Source: Perna viridis (lineage: Eukaryota). Taken from it: 64,000 nt of DNA. Both the position numbers and the translations under genes were made by a program. Below the pieces are notes generated by a model. The model did not search any database. It was not told where the DNA came from and saw nothing but the letters and a program-made list of their open reading frames with translations. Below are positions 63,505-64,000 of this stretch, one piece after another (position 1 is the first letter of the stretch; every line of letters begins with the position of its first letter). The stretch is taken from contig CM074512.1 of assembly GCA_037379345.1 (NCBI GenBank), forward strand, positions 22,816,001-22,880,000. The letters run 5' to 3'.

Positions 63505-64000
63505 CTGAAAAAAAAATAATAAATGCTCCACCTGGCACAGCTTGATACAACTATAGAGGTCAAACTCTGAATAAATTGGGGCAAGTTACAATGTGCTTAA
63601 TACAACAAGGCTTGGATTAGCCAGCTCACATTTTACCTATTATGGATAAAAAATCCAGAATCAAAACATGGTTAGATTCAGCATATCAAAGAACCAATAG
63701 AATTGTTTGGGTTTGGGCAAATTAACACATGGCCAAAAATAAAAAGAAACTTAAACATTTTAGATTCAGTATTGATATCAAAGAATCCTAAGAATTCAAT
63801 TTTGCTGAAACCAAACAAGGTTTAATTTACAACTCTTTAGACCCAGATGCAGACAAAATTGAAAATGAAGGCCGCAATCAAAAGTCTAAATACACAGTAA
63901 GATTCAATTTATAGAATAAACCAAATCCGCTAATATTTTGAATGAAATCAAGCCCAGTTAAATGTAGGATCCTTTGAACCCTGATGTAGACCAATTTGAA

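Overview
AT-rich eukaryotic genomic DNA. The repeat families (TRIM, Helentron/HINE-like elements, palindromic MITEs) suggest a bivalve mollusc, which is an inference. It holds three minus-strand spliced genes that I reconstructed by hand from GT-AG sites and reading-frame continuity. Two are complete five-exon calmodulin-like genes (1913-5797, 157 aa; 8856-11900, 149 aa, with all four EF-hand loops degenerate). The third is the 3' part of unc-79, the NALCN channel accessory subunit: 42 exons and 6213 coding nt including the stop, 15212-63504, with its 5' end outside the window. Most long ORFs in the supplied track are by-products of tandem repeats. The most unusual signal is that several intronic tandem repeats are copies of the gene's own splice junctions. 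These are a 13-unit donor array, an 8-unit acceptor array and two duplicated acceptors in unc-79. In addition, a 4-kb minisatellite has units shaped like mini-exons, and a 46-bp array upstream of a calmodulin-like gene has units carrying ATG plus a donor. Whether any of these extra sites are used cannot be told from DNA alone.
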